From Candidatus Thorarchaeota archaeon (GTDB taxonomy: Archaea > Asgardarchaeota > Thorarchaeia > Thorarchaeales > Thorarchaeaceae), in NCBI GenBank assembly GCA_048882385.1, contig JBHLRQ010000089.1:1-12108 (forward strand): a DNA stretch of 12,108 nucleotides. The letters are read 5' to 3'. Below the pieces are notes generated by a model. It saw only the letters and a program-made list of their open reading frames with translations, had not been told where the DNA came from and made no database searches. Positions 1 to 7,168 of this stretch are shown here, piece by piece (position 1 is the stretch's first letter; each line of letters begins with the position of its first letter). Made by a program: the position numbers and the translations under genes.

Positions 1-1
1 G

Positions 2-109
2 GAAACGGGTTCTTGGAAATGGACAGGTTTCTCGGTTTTGTATCAACTTGCCTTGGCCTATATCGTCACTACTTTGGTGTTTATCATAGGAGGGATGTTT
101 CTTGTATAG
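2..109 (+). CDS. feoB: Ferrous iron transporter B, C-terminal fragment (5' end outside the window)
   Basis: My translation of frame 2 gives ETGSWKWTGFSVLYQLALAYIVTTLVFIIGGMFLV*. This matches the typical FeoB ending (ExGSWKW plus the last TM helix). FeoC-like and DtxR genes follow. Confidence 0.85.
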   Translation, partial: ETGSWKWTGFSVLYQLALAYIVTTLVFIIGGMFLV

Positions 110-581
110 TAACGAACTGCGCCTTCCAGAGAACGGCGGATGGCCTTCAATATTCACTCTCGTTATAGGACTATGCTATCTCATTGTGGGATTCGTCCAG
201 ATTTTATCTAGTGTCAAAATCATTGCCCCCATCATTGGATTCACAGATTTAGTAGGTGGATTTCTACTGATGATTGTGGCATCGGTCTTCTTGACTGGAG
301 TCAGTCCCCTTTCAAACAACAACCAGGAAGGGTATGCCTACATTGCAGTGGGATACATACTCGCCGCAGTAATGTTTGCACTTCAAGTTCTTGTGATACT
401 CACAAATGCTCTCGGATGGTTTCTTCAATTTGAAGATTGGTTGGCCTGGAATATCATTAACGACATAACACCATCACTATGGATGTTTGTTATTCTCATG
501 GCTGGCACTGGGTCTCTCTGGGTTATTGGTAATATCAAAGGAAAGATGCTTGGAAAGATTGGTGGTGATGTAGAAAAATGA
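102..581 (+). CDS. Hypothetical integral membrane protein (~4 TM) in the feo operon
   Basis: 159 aa with about 4 hydrophobic segments. TTG start preceded by GGAGGG (89-94). Overlaps the feoB stop by 8 nt and the next gene by ATGA. Confidence 0.8.
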   Translation: MYSNELRLPENGGWPSIFTLVIGLCYLIVGFVQILSSVKIIAPIIGFTDLVGGFLLMIVASVFLTGVSPLSNNNQEGYAYIAVGYILAAVMFALQVLVILTNALGWFLQFEDWLAWNIINDITPSLWMFVILMAGTGSLWVIGNIKGKMLGKIGGDVEK

Positions 582-859
582 TCAAGAAACTATTGAAGCT
601 CTTACTAGAAGAAAGGATTCTTGACAAGAATGAAATTGCTCGACGTATTGGTGTTCAAATTGAAACCCTAGATGATATTATTCGACTTATGGTTCAACAA
701 GGTCTCCTAAGAACTGAAGTCAATAATTGTGAGGAAAATACTGCATGCGCTAGCTGCCATAACCACGAAGGGTGTGACATGACTACTTCAACAGGGCAAG
801 CATTCTTTGTAACGGAGAAAGGAATAGCGTATGCAAACATGACTGGAGGTAGAAAATGA
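578..859 (+). CDS. FeoC-like winged-helix protein with a Cys-rich wing (putative Fe-S binding)
   Basis: wHTH pattern (NEIARRIGVQIETLDDIIRLMVQQGLL), then C-x5-C-x2-C-x5-C (CEENTACASCHNHEGC) and a closing VTEKG strand. Lies downstream of feoB. SD GGTGA and ATGA overlap. Confidence 0.75.
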   Translation: MIKKLLKLLLEERILDKNEIARRIGVQIETLDDIIRLMVQQGLLRTEVNNCEENTACASCHNHEGCDMTTSTGQAFFVTEKGIAYANMTGGRK

Positions 860-1245
860 TGGCTGCTGATGAGGATAGAGCAGAACTGACAAAGGCACTC
901 GAAATGTATGTCAAAGTCGCTTTTGAGCTGCAAGATGAATTGGGATATGCTACAGTTTCGGATATGGCTGAACGCCTGAGTGTAAAGGCACCTAGTGTAA
1001 CAGCAGCGCTTCAGAAACTCGATAGTATGGGTATGGTGAAGTATCGCAGATATCAGAATGTGAAACTTACCCAGAAAGGTATAGCTGTAGCAAAGAAGCT
1101 GGACAAACGAAATAAAACACTATTGGACTTCCTCCTTATGATTGGTGTAGATGAAGACATAGCCAAAACTGACGCCTGTGAGATAGAGCATGTTGTCAAT
1201 CCAGAAACAATCGAGAAACTGGCTAAGTTTCTGGAGAAACTCTAG
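856..1245 (+). CDS. DtxR/MntR-family metal-dependent transcriptional regulator (no C-terminal SH3/FeoA domain)
   Basis: Motifs EMYVK, HTH ATVSDMAERLSVKAPSVTAALQKL, LTQKG and ACEIEH. 129 aa. SD GGAGGT and ATGA overlap with the upstream gene. Confidence 0.92.
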   Translation: MMAADEDRAELTKALEMYVKVAFELQDELGYATVSDMAERLSVKAPSVTAALQKLDSMGMVKYRRYQNVKLTQKGIAVAKKLDKRNKTLLDFLLMIGVDEDIAKTDACEIEHVVNPETIEKLAKFLEKL

Positions 1246-1338
1246 TTATCAAAGAGCACATAAGGTAACACGAAAGTCTAACTGCGCTTTGCTTAAATGT
1301 TAATGGAACATATTCTTCAGGTTTAGGAGGTAACCAAC

Positions 1339-1896
1339 CTGAGTTCGAGACCCGAAGTTCATAGGATTCTCGTTGCTGGAGACGAAGAGCTTGGGTTCAG
1401 TCTATGTGCCAAACTACTTGACAGAAATTTGACTGATCCTAGAACATTAGCTAGAGAATCCCTTGAAAGTGAATGGCCAGAGGATGAGTGGACAAAACTA
1501 GTTTCAGTAATTGAAGATGGAGTTGTCACAACATATGAACTGGATTTGGAACTTCATGGTCCTTGGGTTTGGGAACTCTATAACACTCTTGAGCCCCGTG
1601 ATTACTTCAGAAGATTCTCAGGAGTTGTGTTGTGTGCAAATCCATTCAGAGAAACCCTTCCATCAGAGCTTTCGAACATCATGAGTTCTGTTGAACTTCA
1701 TGTCGGTCATCGCCTGCCCACATTAATGGTTGTCGACAAATCAAAGAGACTTCTCAAAGGGCAGACAGCTGCATTGAGAGAGATTGCAGAAACCCTTATG
1801 GTTCCCATAGTGTTTGTAAGGTTGAACACAGGGGAAAACATCGAAAAAACTTTCAAGATTCTGACAGAGAAAATCTGTGGCTGCTCATCAAGCTAA
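1339..1896 (+). CDS. Degenerate Ras/Rab-like small GTPase-fold protein (probable pseudo-GTPase); start extended upstream of the ORF-track call to CTG 1339
   Basis: The frame is open back to TAG 1324-1326, and SD AGGAGGT (1325-1331) lies 7 nt before CTG 1339. The extension adds RILVAGDEELGFSL (beta1 plus P-loop position). Also present are YFRRFSGVVLC, PTLMVVDKSK (G4-like) and LNTGENIEKTFKILTEKI (G5/alpha5-like). Confidence 0.7.
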   Translation: MSSRPEVHRILVAGDEELGFSLCAKLLDRNLTDPRTLARESLESEWPEDEWTKLVSVIEDGVVTTYELDLELHGPWVWELYNTLEPRDYFRRFSGVVLCANPFRETLPSELSNIMSSVELHVGHRLPTLMVVDKSKRLLKGQTAALREIAETLMVPIVFVRLNTGENIEKTFKILTEKICGCSSS

Positions 1897-2000
1897 GCTT
1901 GGGTTTCACTCTATCTGATAGGGTTTTCAATTATACCTCAAACATTTTGAATACTTCCGATCTTTTTTCACGAATTCTGCTATCAGAAAATCGAGCTATC

Positions 2001-2020
2001 GTTCCAAAAATCAGTGGAAC
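2001..2020. promoter_or_regulatory. 6-8-6 inverted repeat GTTCCA-N8-TGGAAC, a candidate operator upstream of the TFB genes
   Basis: Perfect inverted hexamers in intergenic DNA, about 16 nt upstream of TATA-like TTATATCA (2037-2044). Confidence 0.35.
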
Positions 2021-2098
2021 CGCCTTTTCGCAATGCTTATATCAAAATGTTGTGATGGCAGATGTAGCGCCACAGGAAACATCTTAGTTGATGTTAGG

Positions 2099-2133
2099 CC
2101 GAAAGACTTTTAAGAGAGAGTACTATATATAAG
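2099..2133 (+). promoter_or_regulatory. Archaeal BRE/TATA promoter for the TFB pair
   Basis: CCGAAAGAC-TTTTAAG is a purine-rich BRE followed by a TATA-like box. A second TATATATAAG lies at 2124-2133. Both are ~120-150 nt upstream of ATG 2255. Confidence 0.55.
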
Positions 2134-2254
2134 TTTAGCGGAATCTGAATGGGGATTGAACGTATTCTGATTGAACTTCTGCGCCACGAAGCAATGAATG
2201 ACATCATGAATTGAACGAAGGTCGTGTCCCTTATCAGAGAGAGGTAGTCGGACA

Positions 2255-3208
2255 ATGTCGTCAAGGACAGGGAAGCAACCCGATCGCACCAAGCCCACAG
2301 CAGGCTTTACATGTCCTGAGTGTGGAGGCCGCGAAGTCGTACAGGACCTTGAGAAAGGAGAACGAATCTGTGCGACATGTGGACTAGTTGTCAGTGAACA
2401 CAGAATTGATACTGGTCCAGAGTGGCGTGCTTTTACTAGCGATGAGAAGGATGCTCGGTCAAGGGCAGGAGCCCCGACTAATTATGCAATCCATGATAAG
2501 GGCCTTTCTACCATGATTGATTGGAGGGATCATGACTCTCAGGGAAAGAGATTCACTGCAAAGAAACGTTCTGAAATTTACCGCTTAAGAAAATGGCAGA
2601 TTCGTACGCGGGTTCATAGCAGTGTGGACAGAAACCTAGCTCAAGCTATGTCTGAGCTAGACAGGCTATCCTCACAGCTTGGACTGACAAAGAGCATCAA
2701 GGAATTGGCTGCACTCCTTTATCGAAAATTGATAGTCAGAAGGCTTGCAAGAAGCAGGTCGATTGATGCAATGGTTGGAGCAGCGATATATGCTGCCTGC
2801 AGACTAAGGAAAGCACCACGTTCTCTTGAAGAAATATCACGACACTCAAGGGTGAGTAAGAAGAAGATAGGTCAGCACTACCGCCTATTAGTGGAGAAGC
2901 TGAAGCTGAGAATGCCGATATCAGATCCAGCGAATTACGTTCCCCGCTTCATCACCCAACTGAGCCTTCCTGGAAAGGTCCAGCAAAAAGTGCTTGAGAT
3001 TCTTGATATGGCGAAGCAGAATAGAACGCTTGTCACAGGAAGAGACCCACGAGGGCTCGCAGCTGCTGCGATATACATCGCCTCGATACTCATGGATCAT
3101 CGAGTAACACAGCGAGACATAGCAATGGCTGCAGGTGTGACGGAAGTAACGGTTCGAAATCGTTACAAAGAGCTCGTTCAGAAGCTCAACATTACAATGG
3201 CGCCGTGA
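2255..3208 (+). CDS. tfb: Transcription initiation factor IIB (TFB), paralog 1
   Basis: Zn ribbon CPECG...CATC, B-reader IDTGPEWRAFT, HDKGLST, RLRKWQ, two cyclin repeats and the BRE-binding HTH GVTEVTVRNRYKEL. SD GAGGT at 2241-2245. Confidence 0.97.
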   Translation: MSSRTGKQPDRTKPTAGFTCPECGGREVVQDLEKGERICATCGLVVSEHRIDTGPEWRAFTSDEKDARSRAGAPTNYAIHDKGLSTMIDWRDHDSQGKRFTAKKRSEIYRLRKWQIRTRVHSSVDRNLAQAMSELDRLSSQLGLTKSIKELAALLYRKLIVRRLARSRSIDAMVGAAIYAACRLRKAPRSLEEISRHSRVSKKKIGQHYRLLVEKLKLRMPISDPANYVPRFITQLSLPGKVQQKVLEILDMAKQNRTLVTGRDPRGLAAAAIYIASILMDHRVTQRDIAMAAGVTEVTVRNRYKELVQKLNITMAP

Positions 3209-3303
3209 TAAACAAGTGTGTGGGAGAATAACGAATCTGTTTGAATGTGAGGGGGCTGGGCTCTCTAAATACCCAGAGCACGTTGGAGGGAACAAGTAAA
3301 CAA

Positions 3304-4275
3304 ATGGCCGCATCTAGAATAGATGAAACAACAAGAGAAGAAATAATTTCGGAAACTCCTGAAGTGACATGCTCCGATTGCGGAGGTACTGATGTCGTCA
3401 GGGATAATGAAAAGGGTGAATTGATCTGCGCAAATTGCGGTCTTGTGCTTAGCGACCATCGTATAGACACAGGGCCAGAATGGAGAGCATTCACCTCTGA
3501 TGAGCGCGACTCTCGCGCTAGAACTGGTGCTCCTACAAGCTATGCGCTTCACGACAAAGGACTCTCTACCATGATAGATTGGCGTGATAGAGATTCCAAA
3601 GGTTCAGCATTCAGCGCAAAACAGAGAGCACAAATATATCGCCTCAGAAAGTGGCAGATCCGTACACGAGTTCACAGCTCATTGGATCGCAACCTCGCCC
3701 AAGCAATGACTGAAATCGACAGACTATCCTCGCAACTAGGGCTTTCTCAAGGTTTGCGAGAACACGCAGCACGAATGTATCGTAAATTGATAGCCGGAAG
3801 ACTTTGGAGGAGTAGATCGATTGATGCAACTGCAGCAGCGGCTGTATATGCAGCATGCAGACACAGAGGTTCGCCAAGATCAATTGAGGAGATAGCCGAA
3901 CATAGCAGGGAATCTAAGAAGAAGATTTCTGCCCATTACCGTATGCTCGTGACAAAACTCAAGCTGAGAATGCCCATCTCATCGCCAGAGAACTATGTAC
4001 CACGATTCATATCTGATCTAAATCTTCCATCAGAAGTTCAACGAATCACAATGGAAATACTTGAAAAAGCCAAGGAAGTAAGAAACCTAGTGACTGGTCG
4101 AGACCCAAGAGGTCTTGCAGCCGCAGCTATCTACATTGCTTCTATTATGACAGACAATAGGGTAACACAACGTGACATTTCAGAGGTAAGTGGGGTCACT
4201 GAAGTTACTATTCGGAACAGGTACAAGGAGCTGGTGAGCAGACTTGAGCTCACAATGGCACCTGCTGCAATCTAG
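3304..4275 (+). CDS. tfb: Transcription initiation factor IIB (TFB), paralog 2
   Basis: CSDCG...CANC, IDTGPEWRAFT and GVTEVTIRNRYKEL. I prefer ATG 3304 (GGAGGG at 3285-3290; length similar to paralog 1) over TTG 3241, but the start is uncertain. Confidence 0.95.
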   Translation: MAASRIDETTREEIISETPEVTCSDCGGTDVVRDNEKGELICANCGLVLSDHRIDTGPEWRAFTSDERDSRARTGAPTSYALHDKGLSTMIDWRDRDSKGSAFSAKQRAQIYRLRKWQIRTRVHSSLDRNLAQAMTEIDRLSSQLGLSQGLREHAARMYRKLIAGRLWRSRSIDATAAAAVYAACRHRGSPRSIEEIAEHSRESKKKISAHYRMLVTKLKLRMPISSPENYVPRFISDLNLPSEVQRITMEILEKAKEVRNLVTGRDPRGLAAAAIYIASIMTDNRVTQRDISEVSGVTEVTIRNRYKELVSRLELTMAPAAI

Positions 4276-4284
4276 GCTTAATTC

Positions 4285-4320
4285 GGCTGCAGGTAACTGC
4301 AGCCATCTTCTATTTTTCTA
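4285..4320 (+). terminator. Hairpin plus T-rich tract after the TFB pair
   Basis: GGCTGCAG-GTAA-CTGCAGCC (perfect 8-bp stem, GNRA loop, 4285-4304), followed by ATCTTCTATTTTTCT, 10 nt after the stop codon. Confidence 0.7.
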
Positions 4321-4390
4321 TTAGTTGATAGATGCTAAAGACGAGTGATAGAACAAGAGTAATCAGGAGCTTATTGGCACATTCATTTGT

Positions 4391-4984
4391 ATGGTTCAAG
4401 CGATTATTCTTGATATGGATGGTGTGATAAGACACTTAGACATGAATGTAGCAGAAAACGCATCTCAATCTATAGGATTCAATTTTGAAGAACTCATGGA
4501 TGTGCTCTGGGATAATCAGCCGGGATATCAACTACTTTGTGGAAGGTCGTTTCGGAACATATGGTGGAAACAAGTTCAGCAACTTGATGCCAGACTAAAT
4601 ACTGTGACTCAAGATTTCTTCTGGAACGAAGTACTCGCAAAAAATACCATAGATCTGGATGTTATCCAATTCATAAACGAGATCAGGCAAAATCTAGTTA
4701 CCGGCATTCTCACCAATTGTGATCGGGAGTCCAAGAACGAAATCAAACGCACTTTGGGCAAGAGTCATCCATTTGATCACATTCTATCGTCAAGCGATCT
4801 CGGTGCGAAAAAACCTGAACCAGAAATCTATCGTCGATTGCTTGAAACAATTGGGGTAGGAGCTGAAGATTGCATATTCTTCGATGACAGAATATCAAAT
4901 GTAGAAGGTGCAAGAGCTGTTGGAATTCAAGCTCATCTATTTCAAGGATTAGATCAAATGAAGAGATTGTTTTTCTCAATATGA
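4391..4984 (+). CDS. HAD-superfamily hydrolase/phosphatase (subfamily IA)
   Basis: Motif I IILDMDGV, motif II LTN, motif III KKPEPEIY and motif IV FFDDRISNVEGA. Confidence 0.93.
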   Translation: MVQAIILDMDGVIRHLDMNVAENASQSIGFNFEELMDVLWDNQPGYQLLCGRSFRNIWWKQVQQLDARLNTVTQDFFWNEVLAKNTIDLDVIQFINEIRQNLVTGILTNCDRESKNEIKRTLGKSHPFDHILSSSDLGAKKPEPEIYRRLLETIGVGAEDCIFFDDRISNVEGARAVGIQAHLFQGLDQMKRLFFSI

Positions 4985-4992
4985 TTCTCGGG

Positions 4993-5041
4993 CTTTAAAT
5001 TGGACAAAATAGCACCAATTGGCGTCTATCCAAGTTAGGAG
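4993..5041 (+). promoter_or_regulatory. Possible TATA box and SD for the CPBP/7-TM pair
   Basis: CTTTAAAT at 4993-5000, and AGGAG at 5037-5041 before ATG 5051. Confidence 0.35.
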
Positions 5042-5050
5042 ACTATCTAT

Positions 5051-6025
5051 ATGGTGCAAGCAACAGTTCAAGAGAGTTTTTCATCAGATCTTAGAAAGGA
5101 TTCCGGATGGTCCTCAAAAAGCCTGCTCACTATTAGTGGGATCATGTTGTCAATCGGAATAGTGTGGCGAGTTGTTGATCAATTCATCCTCGGTCTGGGT
5201 GATACATGGATGAACATCATGCCATCGAAGCTGTTCCCGTTCATGATCATTCTTGTATTTTTCTGGAGATATCGCAGACAGGAGATTAATTCTGTTCTGG
5301 GTCTCTCGCAAAACAAGATGACCCTACAATTAGCTGTAGGGATTATATTGGGTCTGACAATATCTGGATTGATTGATATTGGAGGAACAGTGATCTATGC
5401 AGTTTTCCTTGATCCAACATACTCACTTGACCTACACATCTTGAACGAAGGATTGCTTGGATATTCGATTATTTTCTTCTTGACTAATGCATTCATGGAA
5501 GAAACTCTTTTTCGGGGACTTTTGCAGAATGGTCTCAAGGAGAGATTCACACCAAACAGAGCTATCACAGTTTCTGCTGTTACATTCGGGTTCTGGCATG
5601 CTGGTTGGCCATTGATCAATGGAGGAACGAGTAATGAAGTCATCATGCAAGTTTCTATAATGGTATTCTCAACAACCATTCTTGGTCTTCTATTTGGAAT
5701 CTACTATGAGCGTTTCAGTTCTGGACAATCACTCATGGGTGCTATTATAGCTCATACGATTTTCAATTTCGTGAGTGAGAACTTCAAGATTGGTCCTGAA
5801 CCAGCAATTCAAGGTCCAGACCTTGTTTTCAGTACACAGGGTTTGCTGGCAGTCACACTTGTTATGTTCTTCTCAATATTCTCTGTGCTCTTTGTGATAT
5901 TCTCGCGATACAAGATTGACCAGATCTCAGATCTATGGAGAAATATCAGTAATAGAAGTAGGAGAATATTGACGGGTCTTTCTAGAACGGAAGCTGTTAC
6001 AAATGATAATTTAGATGAGGTATGA
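5051..6025 (+). CDS. CPBP-family (Rce1/Abi/type II CAAX protease-like) intramembrane glutamic endopeptidase
   Basis: Multi-TM protein with all three family motifs: EETLFRG (EExxxR), FGFWH (FxxxH) and HTIFN (HxxxN). Confidence 0.92.
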   Translation: MVQATVQESFSSDLRKDSGWSSKSLLTISGIMLSIGIVWRVVDQFILGLGDTWMNIMPSKLFPFMIILVFFWRYRRQEINSVLGLSQNKMTLQLAVGIILGLTISGLIDIGGTVIYAVFLDPTYSLDLHILNEGLLGYSIIFFLTNAFMEETLFRGLLQNGLKERFTPNRAITVSAVTFGFWHAGWPLINGGTSNEVIMQVSIMVFSTTILGLLFGIYYERFSSGQSLMGAIIAHTIFNFVSENFKIGPEPAIQGPDLVFSTQGLLAVTLVMFFSIFSVLFVIFSRYKIDQISDLWRNISNRSRRILTGLSRTEAVTNDNLDEV

Positions 6026-6729
6026 CAATAATGCAGTCAGGTTCAGATTTAGTAATTATCTCCGGTCTAGCATCAATTGTAATCTCTGGTACAATTGGAG
6101 TCTATCTTTTTCGACTCTGGCGCCAGCAAGAAACTAGGTTGATGACAGACCTGCCACTAGTATTTGCAATCACAACTATTTGTCAAGCATTGCAAATATT
6201 CATTCTAACACTACCGAATATTGGATTGATTCCACAGTCAATGGAATTGTTCCGTCTACGATCTCTCATAATCGGAGGTTCAGTTGTTCCGATTCTTGGT
6301 GCTATCCTTCAGATCTGGGCACCGAGGATACAGAAATATCACAATAGGATTGTTTTAGCAGTTTCAGCGTATTGGGGTTTGATGGCGCTATTTGGTGCAA
6401 CTGAGAGCTTCATTATGATTACAACAATACCAATCATTCTCATTTTTGGGATTGTTATGGCAATGACATTTGGAATTACATGGAAAACTGGAAGGTTGAA
6501 GGAAGTAAGAAGCGACCTCATGATGGTGTCCATCATCTGTGGTATGGCAAGTCAAAGTCTAAGAGTTCCATTGTTAGGAACGATATTCTTCTATCTACCG
6601 GATATTCTGTTAATGTTGTCAATGTTATTCACAGCATTAGCTTTCGCAAATCCATGGTATCGAAGAGAACTGAAAGCAAGTGAAACTGATGAAGTTCCAA
6701 GTGAGATTGCTGTAGCTATTGACAATTGA
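6022..6729 (+). CDS. Hypothetical membrane protein, ~7 TM helices with a short charged C-tail
   Basis: 235 aa with seven hydrophobic segments counted by eye. SD GAGGT and ATGA overlap with the CPBP gene; ATG 6031 is an alternative start. Confidence 0.8.
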   Translation: MTIMQSGSDLVIISGLASIVISGTIGVYLFRLWRQQETRLMTDLPLVFAITTICQALQIFILTLPNIGLIPQSMELFRLRSLIIGGSVVPILGAILQIWAPRIQKYHNRIVLAVSAYWGLMALFGATESFIMITTIPIILIFGIVMAMTFGITWKTGRLKEVRSDLMMVSIICGMASQSLRVPLLGTIFFYLPDILLMLSMLFTALAFANPWYRRELKASETDEVPSEIAVAIDN

Positions 6730-6742
6730 ATGAAAACAAGTT

Positions 6743-6780
6743 GGATTCTTCGCTCCGGGAGATTTGGAGCGAAGACATCC
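6743..6780. terminator. Hairpin between convergent genes (probable bidirectional terminator or 3' stabiliser)
   Basis: GGAT-TCTTCGCTCC-(9 nt loop)-GGAGCGAAGA-C-ATCC: a perfect 10-bp stem plus 4 bp beyond a 1-nt bulge. It occupies most of the 55-bp gap between the two stops. Confidence 0.7.
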
Positions 6781-6784
6781 CTTT

Positions 6785-7168
6785 CTACATATTATCAATT
6801 GATGATAGTGGTATGTTTGTTCGCATTGAGTTGAAAATAAAAATGCAAGCAGGTACAACGATTATATCAATCAACACATGAAGAATGATGAATAAATTCG
6901 CAGTTTCAGTGTGAAAGAAGAAGAATCTAATCACACCTCCAACACCTCCAATTAGAGGGAGAATAACACAGAGAAGAACTAGTCCCTTCTTGTCAAGGAA
7001 TCTAATGAGACCGATTCCAAGAAAGAGATACATGGCTCCATATAATGCAGCTCCAATATTGTGCCAAACTCCACCATAAACGAAAACCTGCAGAGTGTGT
7101 GTGAAAGCTGAAACAATCAGCAGACTGCCAGCAAGTAGTCTAAGTCTAAATTCATTGACCAAGGTCAC
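6785..7168 (-). CDS. Small hypothetical membrane protein (~4 TM)
   Basis: 127 aa with four hydrophobic segments. The GTG start overlaps the GH3 stop codon (GTGA). Confidence 0.78.
   Translation of the reverse strand: MTLVNEFRLRLLAGSLLIVSAFTHTLQVFVYGGVWHNIGAALYGAMYLFLGIGLIRFLDKKGLVLLCVILPLIGGVGGVIRFFFFHTETANLFIILHVLIDIIVVPACIFIFNSMRTNIPLSSIDNM

Noticed and set aside
1899-2087. 62-aa TTG-start ORF after the GTPase-like gene
   Set aside because: It has no SD and no recognisable motif, and it overlaps promoter-like elements, so it is probably intergenic.
2155-2216. ATTGAAC x3, resembling CRISPR repeat 3' ends
   Set aside because: The units are only 7 bp with irregular spacing (15 and 40 bp). 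There are no full-length repeats and no cas genes.
2255-4275. Possible assembly artefact duplicating tfb
   Set aside because: The copies differ at ~27% of residues and at many synonymous sites, so they are true paralogs.
6743-6780. Hairpin as a SECIS element for UGA read-through at 8704-8706
   Set aside because: It lacks the UGAN/NGAN non-Watson-Crick core, and its position between convergent genes fits a terminator better.
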